A stretch of 64,000 nucleotides of DNA from Candidatus Pacearchaeota archaeon (GTDB taxonomy: Archaea; Nanobdellota; Nanobdellia; Pacearchaeales; GW2011-AR1). The DNA is taken from positions 18,475-82,474 of the forward strand of contig JAFCEE010000001.1 of NCBI GenBank assembly GCA_017609285.1. Reading direction: 5' to 3'. Below, in pieces: positions 28,899 to 38,566 of this stretch. The notes below the pieces were generated by a model, which saw only the letters and a list, made by a program, of their open reading frames with translations, did not search any database and was not told the origin of the DNA. The translations under genes and the position numbers were made by a program. How positions within the stretch are numbered: the first letter of the stretch is position 1; every line of letters begins with the position of its first letter.

Positions 28899-29432
28899 AT
28901 GAGAAAAAGAGGAAAAAAGAGGAATGGCAAAAGAGGGCAACTTAGAATATCTTTTGGCATGCTTTTTTCTATAATCTTGATTATAGCTTTTATTGCTGTA
29001 GCTGTATATGCCATAATTATGTTCCTTAACATAAAAAAATGTGCAGACACTGGCATGTTCAAACAGGATTTGCAGGAAGAAATAAATAGGGCGTGGACTT
29101 CTGATAGTTCATCTGAAATTTTTTCTGGTAATTTGCCATCTAGTTTAGATTATGTTTGTTTTGTAGATGTTTCTGAGGAAGGTAGAGGAGAACATAAAGA
29201 GTATTACGACAAACTGAAGAAGTATGGTTATTCTCCTCAGATAAATATGTTTTTCTGGCCTTTGAAAAATACTTGTGAGGGGCAGAGAGGTTTTGAAATA
29301 AAGCATATAGATATAAAAAAAATTACAGCAGAAGAAAATCCTTATTGTATAAAGAGTATTAGGGGCAAGGTTGAAGTAAAAATTGAAAAAGATTTTTATG
29401 ATGCCTTAGTTAAGATAAGCAAGATAAGTTAA
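28899..29432 (+). CDS. Class III signal-peptide (pilin-like) protein
   Basis: KRG|QLRISFGMLFSIILII. Confidence 0.8.
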   Translation: MRKRGKKRNGKRGQLRISFGMLFSIILIIAFIAVAVYAIIMFLNIKKCADTGMFKQDLQEEINRAWTSDSSSEIFSGNLPSSLDYVCFVDVSEEGRGEHKEYYDKLKKYGYSPQINMFFWPLKNTCEGQRGFEIKHIDIKKITAEENPYCIKSIRGKVEVKIEKDFYDALVKISKIS

Positions 29433-29433
29433 A

Positions 29434-30384
29434 ATGCAGAAAAAAGGTTTTGAGTTTAGTTTTGCGTGGTTATTCGCGATAATAGTTGGAGCAATTATTT
29501 TGTTTCTCGCTATTTTTGCTATAAGTAAGTTGATAAAGACAAGTCGTTACCAGCTTGATACAATTACAGCTAAACAGTTGAGCATAATTTTTGAACCTCT
29601 CGAAACAGGTCTGGCGAGTGGAAAAAGTAATATGGCAAGATTAAGAGAAGAAACAAGAATCTATAATGATTGTATTGATGAAGGAAATTTTGGTTTGCAA
29701 AGAATTTCGCTTTCAACAAAGCAGAGTTTAGGAAAAGAGTGGCAAGAACCTGGCGCTGAAATCGACATACCTAATAAATATATTTTCTCTTCTGGTATCG
29801 AAGAAGGCGAGGAAGTTTATTTTTTTTCTAAGCCATTTGAAATGCCGTGGAAAGTTTCTGAAATTATTTTTTTATCTACTAAACAGTATTGTTTTGTTAA
29901 TGCTCCTGAAGAAATTGAAGATGATGTTTTAGGTTTGATGTTGGGGAATGTTAAGTTAAATAATTGTAGTGTGGGGGATATAAAAGTATGTTTTGGTTCT
30001 GGCTTAGATTGTGATATTACAGTTAAAGGACAATGTTTTGGTGGTTTTTCAGATTGTGAAAGCGAATATGATTATGGTTTTGTAGAAAAACAAGGAGAAA
30101 GCTTATTCTATACTGGAAGTTTAATTTACGCTGCTATTTTCTCCAGTCCTGATATTTATGAGTGTAATGTTAAAAGATTAATGAAAAGATTAGTTCGGCA
30201 AGCTCTTATTTTTAAAGATGAAGCTGATTTTTTAAGTGTAAAATGTGGCACTCTTCCTTTGTCTGGCTTGTTACAATTAATTAGTGTTGCTAAAATAAAA
30301 AAATCATCTGACCTTTTATTGGTAAGGCAAGTAGCAAGAGAGGTAGAAGAACAAAATCAAGCTTCACAGTGTAATTTATGGTAA
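29434..30384 (+). CDS. Class III signal-peptide (pilin-like) protein
   Basis: KKG|FEFSFAWLFAIIVGA. Confidence 0.8.
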   Translation: MQKKGFEFSFAWLFAIIVGAIILFLAIFAISKLIKTSRYQLDTITAKQLSIIFEPLETGLASGKSNMARLREETRIYNDCIDEGNFGLQRISLSTKQSLGKEWQEPGAEIDIPNKYIFSSGIEEGEEVYFFSKPFEMPWKVSEIIFLSTKQYCFVNAPEEIEDDVLGLMLGNVKLNNCSVGDIKVCFGSGLDCDITVKGQCFGGFSDCESEYDYGFVEKQGESLFYTGSLIYAAIFSSPDIYECNVKRLMKRLVRQALIFKDEADFLSVKCGTLPLSGLLQLISVAKIKKSSDLLLVRQVAREVEEQNQASQCNLW

Positions 30385-30385
30385 A

Positions 30386-30913
30386 ATGTTAATAGAAAAG
30401 AAAATAAGCTCAAAACGCTCGCAATTTAAAATACAACAAATGGCATTTATGTTGTTAGCTGTAGTATTGTTTTTTATTTTAGTTGCTTTGATTTGGATTA
30501 CAATTCAACAAAGAAATTTACATAAACAAGCAACTCAACTTGAAGAAGAAAAAGCTGTTTTTTTATCTGAATTTTTGTCTGGTTCCTCTGAGTTTAGTTG
30601 TAGTAGGGAGATGGGCTCTTATTGTATAGATACAGATAAATTGGTTGTTCTAGAAAATATGAGTGTATATAGAGATTTCTGGCCGGTTGCTTTTATTCAA
30701 GTAAGAAAATTAGATAGGCAAGTTGAAGAGGTAGAATGTAGTAAATTGAATTATCCTAATTGTAATCTTTTTGAGGTATATGAAAATAAGAATGTTAAAA
30801 GTAAAAGTTCTATAGGAAATTTTGTTGCCTTGTGTAGATATGAAAACATTAATGGTTTTCCTAAAAAAATCTGCGAACTTGGTAAATTTATAATTGGTTA
30901 TGAGATAAAATAA
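30386..30913 (+). CDS. Class III signal-peptide (pilin-like) protein
   Basis: KRS|QFKIQQMAFMLLAVV. Confidence 0.78.
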   Translation: MLIEKKISSKRSQFKIQQMAFMLLAVVLFFILVALIWITIQQRNLHKQATQLEEEKAVFLSEFLSGSSEFSCSREMGSYCIDTDKLVVLENMSVYRDFWPVAFIQVRKLDRQVEEVECSKLNYPNCNLFEVYENKNVKSKSSIGNFVALCRYENINGFPKKICELGKFIIGYEIK

Positions 30914-30914
30914 A

Positions 30915-31409
30915 ATGGGGATAAAAAACAAGAGAATAGGTAAGAAGGCGCAGGAGGAGATGATTGGGTTTGTATTGATAATTGTTTTAGTTAGTGTGAT
31001 AGCTCTGATTTTTCTTGCTATCTCTATCAGAAAACCAGCAGTACAGGAAAATAAAGAGATAGAGAGTTTTTTACATTCCTCCTTACTTTTAACTACAGAC
31101 TGTCAACCAAGTCCAGAAGAGATTTATGATTTAAAAGATTTAATTGGAGCTTGTTGGAACAATGAGAGATGTTTATCTGGAGAAAAAGCTTGTGGTGTCT
31201 TGAATGTTACAGTTTACGAGCTGCTTGAAAATTTACGAGTAGGTGAAGAAAGCAAATATAAAGGTTATGTGTTTAGAATTTATGATGAAAGAAATGAGAC
31301 TATATTTTATCTGACAAAAGGAAATTACACGTCTTCAAAAACAGCAACAGACTCTCTTTTTCCAATACAGGGAGAGAATATACATGTAGTGCTAGAGATA
31401 TTTTATTAG
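30915..31409 (+). CDS. Class III signal-peptide (pilin-like) protein
   Basis: KKA|QEEMIGFVLIIVLV. Confidence 0.8.
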   Translation: MGIKNKRIGKKAQEEMIGFVLIIVLVSVIALIFLAISIRKPAVQENKEIESFLHSSLLLTTDCQPSPEEIYDLKDLIGACWNNERCLSGEKACGVLNVTVYELLENLRVGEESKYKGYVFRIYDERNETIFYLTKGNYTSSKTATDSLFPIQGENIHVVLEIFY

Positions 31410-31447
31410 TAATGGTTGTAGATTAATGAAATTTAAATAATATATAT

Positions 31448-31810
31448 TCATTGAAAGCTTATGTTTATTTGCAAATTGTCTATTACTACAACAGGCTTTA
31501 ATTTTTTTCTTTTTCCTTTTGTTTCATGTTTTAGCTCAATAAAACCGAACCTTTCTAAAAGTTTAATATCCTGGCTTACTGCCTTAAAATCTCTGCCTAA
31601 TATTTTTGCAAGGTGATAAATAGATTCTGGACTTTGATTTTTTATTATATTTAGAATTTTAGCTTTTTCATTACTTAATAACTGTCTCAAATCAGTTAGG
31701 CCAGAAAAATCATAATCAGACCTGTCTCCTCTTAATCTCTTGAATATAGAGGTAAAAGCATTTGGTGTTATATAAAGATTTACTATTCTTGTTCTTTCTT
31801 TTTTTGCCAT
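31448..31810 (-). CDS. HTH transcriptional regulator (HVO_A0114/COG4190-like)
   Basis: PESIYHLAKILGRDFKAVSQDIKLLERFGFI; divergent from the S-layer gene. Confidence 0.85.
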   Translation of the reverse strand: MAKKERTRIVNLYITPNAFTSIFKRLRGDRSDYDFSGLTDLRQLLSNEKAKILNIIKNQSPESIYHLAKILGRDFKAVSQDIKLLERFGFIELKHETKGKRKKLKPVVVIDNLQINISFQ

Positions 31811-32042
31811 TTTTCTATATAGTGGAGTTTAGTGTATTTTTTTAAACATATATCTGAAAAGCATATTTTGTATATATATGTTTTTATTTATTATATATGG
31901 ATTATTAAAACATATAAGTTTAAAAATCTTTTTATTTTTATTTTTGTTATTTGTTTTTATTTTTAATAGTAACAAAAGATTTATAAATAAAACAGCAAAA
32001 ATGCTGTATTTTCTTGTTATTTTTAAGTTTTAAAACGAAAGC

Positions 32043-32220
32043 TTTTTAAATACATAAAAAGTCGTATTATTGTGTCTATTAAAAGACACGAAAACTGGCC
32101 AGTAACAGTAACTTCTAAAATAGGGATTACAGTTATAACTTTCCAAATGAGATGGCAATTTCCCTATTTTATGCCATCATGTGAGGAAAAACCAGATTAA
32201 TGATTGAAAGGAGGTCAAAA
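32043..32220 (+). promoter_or_regulatory. S-layer promoter and ~150-nt structured 5' leader with Shine-Dalgarno
   Basis: tttttaaata TATA at 32043; hairpin gtgtct/agacac; competing 11-bp and 7-bp stems; ggaggt at 32210-32215. Confidence 0.6.
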
Positions 32221-34611
32221 ATGAGATTTAATTTTAGAAAAATTGCATCAGTGCTAGCGAGTGCAGTAATGATTGGAGGTACTGCTGGAACTGCCTTAGC
32301 AGCTAATTATCCAGCACCATTTGTTGTTGGTGGAGCTGCAGATGGAGCTATTGTTGTAACAAGTGGAAGTCATGCAGGAGCTGTAAGTGACTGGGATGCT
32401 GCTGTTTCATTGCAGTCATCTTTACAAAATTTAGTTACTACAACTGCTGCTACAACTGGAGCCACAACTACAGGCGGAGATAGTTATAAGATAGAAAGAG
32501 CATCTACAAAATTCCAAATGGGAAAAGGAATCTTGGATATTGTTTCTGGAACAGTAACAGATACTGATATGCCTAATTTATTGGCTGATGGAACTTTCTT
32601 AGACAGTGATAATAATGAAAAAGATTATACACAAAAGTTAACATTAGCTAATTTAACATTAGGTATGTTTGATGACAATGATTATGCAGAAGATGCACCA
32701 ACAGTCGGAATAAAAATAAGTTCGGCTGGTTCTGTCTTAAATTATACATTAAGTTTTACAGACCAACCAGCTTGGGACAAATTAGAAACTGCAAATATCA
32801 AACTATTGGGAAAAGAGTATTATATCTTAGATGCAAATACTCCTACAAATACATCATTGACATTGTTGGATTCAGCAGAAACTGCAACTATTGCAGAAGA
32901 TGAAACAATGACAGTTGCCAACAAAGAAGTTTTAGTTACATTTATTGGCGACAACCAAGTGAAGTTAAATATTGATGGAGAAGAAACAAATACATTAGCT
33001 CAAGGTGAGACATATAAATTAAGTGATGGTTCATATGTTGGAATTAAAGACATTATGTATACTAGTAAGACAGGAGCTGTAAGTAAAGTAGAGTTTAGTG
33101 TTGGAAGTGGTAAATTAAAACTTACAAATGGCCAAGACATAGAAATGAATGATGACTCAATATCAAGATTGAAAGCATATCTTGGTGGTCAAGGTGGAGC
33201 AAATCTCCAAAGTATAACAATAGAGTGGAAAGCTGATGGAGAATTATTTGTTGCTCCTGATTCTGAGCCTGAAATGCCTGGATTTAAAGCAGTAAAGCTG
33301 ACATGGGGAGGAATGACATATCCAGTAGAAGAAGATATTGTAGTAGAAGCTGGAGGAGACGACTATGTTGTACTTAAAAACTTCCCATTAAAAGATTCAA
33401 CAGAAACTATAAACTTGCTTTATGGAAACAATGCAAATTGGACAGGTATAGGAAAAGATTCTGACAATGTTTTAAGAACAGTAGAGTCTGGAAATCTCAC
33501 ATTTGATGGAGATACTGATGACTATTTTGTAGCTACTTATGATGATGGAACAAATGCAGAGTCTTATTTAATGAGGGCTACAAATTTCAAGGTAGAGAGT
33601 TCAGTAAATAAGACAACTATACAGTATAAAAGCGATGGTACATGGACAAATGTGCAGTCAGATGTTAGTAAAGGAGATGATGTTACTTTAGGAAGTGTGA
33701 CTCTTACAGTTGGAACAATTAATTATAATGACAGGACAGTTGTATTAAAACCAGGGATAAATGTAAACTTCAATACACTTTACTCAAAAGAGGGTTTGAA
33801 AGTTTACTTGCCTTACACATCGACAACAATACAAAATAGTACTACAGAAGAGTATTCTTGTGACAATGTTACATGGTCTACTGGATTGGTAGGCCCTGTT
33901 AATCTCTCAAATACCTATGCAAATGCAAGTGTCCTTTGTTACAGCTCGACCTTCGACCTTGCCTTCGTAGAGGAAGACAAGAACGAGAATAAAGCAAGTG
34001 GAAGCCAGTTTAATGCAACACTTGGATGGAACACAGCTACAACAGCACAAGCATATGTAAGTGATATTGTAGGAGAAAGTGCAACATTTTCAGAACAAGA
34101 TGACACAGACAAATATTTGAGTTATGTGTACTCTCCATTAGCAACAAAGTTGCTATGGGACAAGAGCGGAGACCAGTATGCACTTACACTAACATATCAT
34201 GGTAGTGAAAGCTATGGTAATGTGTTTGTAGCAGCTCCAGAAGTAACTGTAAGTGAAGGAACAACAACTGCTGCTGGTGGCGGACAAATCTTAGTTGTAA
34301 AAGACAGTGAAGTAGATTCTGTCAAGAATAAAAACTTGATAGTTGTCGGTGGAAGTTGTATTAATAGTGTAGCTGCTGAAGTTCTTGGAGTAGACTACCC
34401 AACATGTGGAGCAGACTTCACAACAGCAACAAATGTTGGAGCTGGACAGTACTTAATCAAAGCTGTCAAAAGCCCATACAATGCTGAAAAAACAGCTGTC
34501 TTAGTTGCTGGATACGAAGCTGCAGACACAAAGAACGCAGCAGACAAGTTGGCAGAAAGTCATGCCACTGATGTAGGTACAGAAAACATATATCCTGAAG
34601 TTACAGCTTAA
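32221..34611 (+). CDS. S-layer protein (start reassigned to ATG 32221)
   Basis: KIASVLASAVM...ALAANYPAPFV N-terminus; KNLIVVGGSCINSVAA and VAGYEAADT C-terminal domain; Thr/Asp-rich. Confidence 0.9.
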   Translation: MRFNFRKIASVLASAVMIGGTAGTALAANYPAPFVVGGAADGAIVVTSGSHAGAVSDWDAAVSLQSSLQNLVTTTAATTGATTTGGDSYKIERASTKFQMGKGILDIVSGTVTDTDMPNLLADGTFLDSDNNEKDYTQKLTLANLTLGMFDDNDYAEDAPTVGIKISSAGSVLNYTLSFTDQPAWDKLETANIKLLGKEYYILDANTPTNTSLTLLDSAETATIAEDETMTVANKEVLVTFIGDNQVKLNIDGEETNTLAQGETYKLSDGSYVGIKDIMYTSKTGAVSKVEFSVGSGKLKLTNGQDIEMNDDSISRLKAYLGGQGGANLQSITIEWKADGELFVAPDSEPEMPGFKAVKLTWGGMTYPVEEDIVVEAGGDDYVVLKNFPLKDSTETINLLYGNNANWTGIGKDSDNVLRTVESGNLTFDGDTDDYFVATYDDGTNAESYLMRATNFKVESSVNKTTIQYKSDGTWTNVQSDVSKGDDVTLGSVTLTVGTINYNDRTVVLKPGINVNFNTLYSKEGLKVYLPYTSTTIQNSTTEEYSCDNVTWSTGLVGPVNLSNTYANASVLCYSSTFDLAFVEEDKNENKASGSQFNATLGWNTATTAQAYVSDIVGESATFSEQDDTDKYLSYVYSPLATKLLWDKSGDQYALTLTYHGSESYGNVFVAAPEVTVSEGTTTAAGGGQILVVKDSEVDSVKNKNLIVVGGSCINSVAAEVLGVDYPTCGADFTTATNVGAGQYLIKAVKSPYNAEKTAVLVAGYEAADTKNAADKLAESHATDVGTENIYPEVTA

Positions 34612-34618
34612 GGATAAA

Positions 34619-34655
34619 TTTTTATTTTTTCTTTTTTCTTTTTATTTTTTTATTT
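34619..34655 (+). terminator. Oligo-T archaeal terminator after the S-layer gene
   Basis: Several consecutive T5-T7 tracts right after the stop. Confidence 0.6.
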
Positions 34656-34851
34656 GAGTTAGGTTTTAGTTAGAATTTTGTATTTCAGTTAGTCCTTTAA
34701 ATCTTGCGAGGCAGGTTTATAATTTTCTGCCTAAAAACTTTATTAAATTCGCCTGGTTTTTAATGAACCTATTTAAATTATATAAGTTATTGTCAAAAGC
34801 AGATGAAGTTTGTATAGAAGATTTTTTAAATAAAAATTTAGTTTAATAGGT

Positions 34852-35427
34852 ATGAGAAAAATATTAACTAGAGAGGAAAGGGAAAGAAAAGAAATGATGA
34901 ATAGAGTTATTGTTGGTTTAGTTCTTGTAGTAATAATGATTTTAAGTACTATTGGTTATTCTTTTTATTATACTGGAAAAAGTAATGTAAAAAAAATAGA
35001 GTATAGTGGAATTGAGTTTATTTTAAAAGAGGATGATTTGTGGCATTTTGAAATAAATCAGTATGAATTTGCAACTGTGCATAATCCAAAAGAAACAGAA
35101 AATATCACTAGTTTTATAACCTCAAATTTATTGTCTTATCAAGGAAAACCATTATATTTCTCATATGATAGTGAAAGAAAAGGAACAGAAGAAATTATCA
35201 GGAGTATTGGAAGATTTGTTGCTAGGATTCAGTATGTATGTTTGGATGAGTGTGAAGGGGATTTGCCAATAAAAAATTGTAGCGAAAATATTATAATTAT
35301 AAAAGAGGCAGGGGAAAATTTAATAAAACAAGAAGACAATTGTGTATATGTTTTAGCTAAAGAAGGTGATATTTTAAAAGTTAGTGATGCTTTTATTTTT
35401 AGGATTTTAGGTTTAAAAAATGGCTAA
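34852..35427 (+). CDS. Hypothetical single-TM protein
   Basis: Basic N-terminus, TM, YSGIEF motif; similar layout to next gene. Confidence 0.75.
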   Translation: MRKILTREERERKEMMNRVIVGLVLVVIMILSTIGYSFYYTGKSNVKKIEYSGIEFILKEDDLWHFEINQYEFATVHNPKETENITSFITSNLLSYQGKPLYFSYDSERKGTEEIIRSIGRFVARIQYVCLDECEGDLPIKNCSENIIIIKEAGENLIKQEDNCVYVLAKEGDILKVSDAFIFRILGLKNG

Positions 35428-36124
35428 GAAAAAAAGGAATATTGGAGAAGGAGAAAGAAAGGAAGAAAAAGAAGAGAAGAAAACTCTGAGAAAAAAAATT
35501 AAAGAGAAGGAAGAAAGACAGACTAGGATATTTGTTATTTTTATGGTTGGGCTTATTCTTTCTGTGATATTGTTTTATTTTTTATTTCAAGATATAAAGA
35601 AATTTGAATATGCAGGGTTAGAATTTGAAAAAATAAGGCAGGGTAATTTAAATTTATACTCTACAAAATTTCCTTTAAGAGATATAAGTGGTAGGGTAGT
35701 AGCTTACTTGCCTTTTTATTTTAGAGAAGATCCTAGAAAATTAAGAGATATAAGAATAGAAGGGAGAATTATACTTGACAACAGAAAACCTGTGGCTATA
35801 ACTGCTAGTAAAGAGGTTATTGAGAGTTGTGAAGATAGTATTTTAGCTGCTGCTACTCTTTCAATAAATTTTTTTGGGCCTCTAGGAATTAAAGCTTTTC
35901 CAGCTACAACAAACAAATCTGAATCTGAAATTCTAAATAGAACATATGTAAGCTGTAATGATACTTCAAACCACTCAATAATTTTATTTGAAAAAGGAGA
36001 TGAGAATAAAATAGTGAAGAATGGGGATTGTTATCTGCTAGAATTTAAAAATTGTGAGATTATGAATATAACAGAAAGATTTATATTGGGTTTATATGCT
36101 CATCCGAGGAACATTGAGATTTAA
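35420..36124 (+). CDS. Hypothetical single-TM protein
   Basis: Charged N-terminus, TM, FEYAGLEF, FREDPR. Confidence 0.75.
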   Translation: MAKKKRNIGEGERKEEKEEKKTLRKKIKEKEERQTRIFVIFMVGLILSVILFYFLFQDIKKFEYAGLEFEKIRQGNLNLYSTKFPLRDISGRVVAYLPFYFREDPRKLRDIRIEGRIILDNRKPVAITASKEVIESCEDSILAAATLSINFFGPLGIKAFPATTNKSESEILNRTYVSCNDTSNHSIILFEKGDENKIVKNGDCYLLEFKNCEIMNITERFILGLYAHPRNIEI

Positions 36125-36628
36125 TCAAAATAGATTAAAAAGTGCTATTCCAGTTAAAGTGAGTATGGTAACTATTGTTCCTGCTATTATAACTCCTATC
36201 GCATTTGCTAACACAAATTTTTTATAACTCAGACCTAATAAATAGGCTCCTAAGGCTCCGGTATAACTCCCGCTTCCAGGCAAAGGAATTCCAATAAAAA
36301 GCGCCACTCCAAATATTCCAAATTTATCAACATAAGGTTTTATCCTTCTTTGTGTTTTTTCTATTTTTCTATTATAATATTTAAAAAAGAGTTGGGAATG
36401 TAAAAAATAATGCACAAATCTATCTAAGAAAATATATACTAAAGGCCCTACAATAATATTTGTCATCACACAAGTAATGAATACTAAAGGCCAACTGAGT
36501 CCGAACCCCTGTAAGGTTAAATTAAACAACTCAACCTTGCTGGACAAAATTCCTAACGGAATGCTAGCTCTAAGTTCAAGAAAAGGAATAAATGTTACAA
36601 TGATTAAAGCAAGTATTTTCAATAACAT
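36125..36628 (-). CDS. COG2426 / putative small multidrug export membrane protein
   Basis: PFLELRASIP and FIGIPLPGSGSYTG motifs. Confidence 0.88.
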   Translation of the reverse strand: MLLKILALIIVTFIPFLELRASIPLGILSSKVELFNLTLQGFGLSWPLVFITCVMTNIIVGPLVYIFLDRFVHYFLHSQLFFKYYNRKIEKTQRRIKPYVDKFGIFGVALFIGIPLPGSGSYTGALGAYLLGLSYKKFVLANAIGVIIAGTIVTILTLTGIALFNLF

Positions 36629-37893
36629 AGTCTTTCCATGGCCTCTACCTTTTTTATTAAATCAAATTCGTTTCTTTGCTTTAAAATTCTTTTTATTTTT
36701 TGGGAATTTATGATTTCTACATTGTCTATGCTAAACTTTTTTCTGCCAATTAAACACCAAAATTCTAATTTATTGCAGTATGACCCATAGTTTTTAATAT
36801 CTTTTCTTATGCTATGTGCAAAAGAATTTAATTTTGCATCAATAATTTTTTCGAAAAAATTGTTTTTCATAATAACAACATCTGGTTGTTTGTTATTCTC
36901 TAATTTTGGCTTTACTTTCACATCGGGATATATTTTTTTACAAATTTTAATAACTAATTTTTCCCATTTTTGCCATCTATCATCATATTTATAACCAGCT
37001 AACCTTACAAAATTTGGATAACTCTTGAAATATTTATACACTGCTGCAACTAAAGCGGGATTCAATTTTAGTAATTCTTCTACTGTTAGAAGATTTTTTC
37101 TGTTAGACATAATCTTGATAAATTCCTCCAAACATTTTTCTCTACTCCATTTTAATTCAAAATTTGGTGTGTAACCTAATTCTCTTAAAAAATTATTATA
37201 AGATTTCCACCTTTTTCTTATTGCTTTAAATAAACCTTTACACTCTTTTAGATTATCTATTGATGGAGTACTTCTTTTCTTGTTTCTCAATTTTTCAAAT
37301 TCTTTGATACAATCTTTTTTAGTCCAACACCTGATTTTTGTTTGTAAACCTAGGTATCTAAGAAATTCGCTATACTTTCCCCAATTTCTATGAATTGCTG
37401 TTATCATCCCGGGGTGTTCTTCTACACATTCTTGGTAAGTCGGTGTTCTTCCAATCTTCTTGACGAATCCCCTAAAGGTATTTATAATCTTATTTTTTTT
37501 CCAACGATAAGCAGCCCCTTTCTTTAAGTTTAATTTTCTTCTCATATGTTTGACACTGTATACTGTTTTGTTTAATTTACTAGCAATTTCTTTAGCAGTC
37601 ATATCAAGATAATTTTCTTTCAGAAAATTAATTTCGTTTTTGTCCCATCCGATATCATATATATCTTTTACTTGTTTTTTGATTTTATTAAAATCTAATT
37701 TCAAAAATTTAGCTAAGCTCTTTGTTCTTTCTAATGTTAGTGGATGTATCTCATTTTTATAAGAATAAATCGAAGAATTGGGTATGTTGGATAGCTTAGA
37801 TAATTCAAGTTTGGAGCCTGCTTTTTTTATCGCCTTCTCTAAAAATAATTTTTGTTCCCCTTTTTTGAACTTCAAGAAAATTTTCTTTTTCAC
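36619..37893 (-). CDS. HTH + three homing-endonuclease-associated-type repeats + C-terminal PD-(D/E)XK-like nuclease
   Basis: N-terminal HTH; three ~52-aa W..E...F......P......AI...W.SY..FL..LG repeats; QPDVVI...IIDAKL. Confidence 0.7.
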   Translation of the reverse strand: MKKKIFLKFKKGEQKLFLEKAIKKAGSKLELSKLSNIPNSSIYSYKNEIHPLTLERTKSLAKFLKLDFNKIKKQVKDIYDIGWDKNEINFLKENYLDMTAKEIASKLNKTVYSVKHMRRKLNLKKGAAYRWKKNKIINTFRGFVKKIGRTPTYQECVEEHPGMITAIHRNWGKYSEFLRYLGLQTKIRCWTKKDCIKEFEKLRNKKRSTPSIDNLKECKGLFKAIRKRWKSYNNFLRELGYTPNFELKWSREKCLEEFIKIMSNRKNLLTVEELLKLNPALVAAVYKYFKSYPNFVRLAGYKYDDRWQKWEKLVIKICKKIYPDVKVKPKLENNKQPDVVIMKNNFFEKIIDAKLNSFAHSIRKDIKNYGSYCNKLEFWCLIGRKKFSIDNVEIINSQKIKRILKQRNEFDLIKKVEAMERLCY

Positions 37894-37962
37894 GAATAAA
37901 AATAGAATTCAGGGTTCTTAAATGTTACCATTAACAAGAGCGCAGACTGATATAAATAATTT

Positions 37963-38514
37963 TTATTTTCTTCTTATCCTAGTTTTACTGTATAAAAATT
38001 TGAAATCAGAATAAACCGGTATTTCTCTTATATTAAAAATTTTAATAGTTAAAAACCAGACAGAAAAAATCATTAAGCTGGATAAAAAATACCAGAATAT
38101 TAAATGAGTTAAGTTGAATAAAGAAAAAGATTTTAATAAAAGCATGGAGAAAAAGAAAATTCTTAAAATATTTATTATAAGGAAAAGGGAAAAAGAAAAT
38201 ATTAGGGCTAGAAATCTTTTTTTTATGGGCATTGGTGTTGTCATGTTCAAAATCAAGAGTAAATAATAAGCTGAGCCAGCTATACATGCTTTTATTAGGT
38301 GTATTTGAATATTATTAAAAATTATAGTTGATCCTATTAATGAGGCAGGGAAAAATAGTTTTAAGAGAAAAAATATAGGGTAGATAGTTAAAGGAGTGAA
38401 TATAAAGTAAAAGAGCCATAAATTAGGAAAAGCTAATAACAAAAGGATTATATATCTAAGGAAAATATAGTAAACTCTTTTCTTGGCAAGGTTTTTTTTG
38501 ATAAGTTTTCTCAT
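37963..38514 (-). CDS. Archaeosortase/exosortase-family transpeptidase (pacearchaeosortase-like)
   Basis: Multi-TM; ACIAGSAYY (catalytic Cys), NILRI (Arg), TH (His). Confidence 0.82.
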   Translation of the reverse strand: MRKLIKKNLAKKRVYYIFLRYIILLLLAFPNLWLFYFIFTPLTIYPIFFLLKLFFPASLIGSTIIFNNIQIHLIKACIAGSAYYLLLILNMTTPMPIKKRFLALIFSFSLFLIINILRIFFFSMLLLKSFSLFNLTHLIFWYFLSSLMIFSVWFLTIKIFNIREIPVYSDFKFLYSKTRIRRK

Positions 38515-38566
38515 TTTCTTGTTAAGAGAAAAGATATTTAAATATCTTTAGAATTATAAAGAGAGA

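Noticed and set aside
34700..34760. Hairpin aggcag/ctgcct downstream of the S-layer terminator as an ncRNA
   Set aside because: Single 6-bp stem with no promoter or further structure; insufficient evidence
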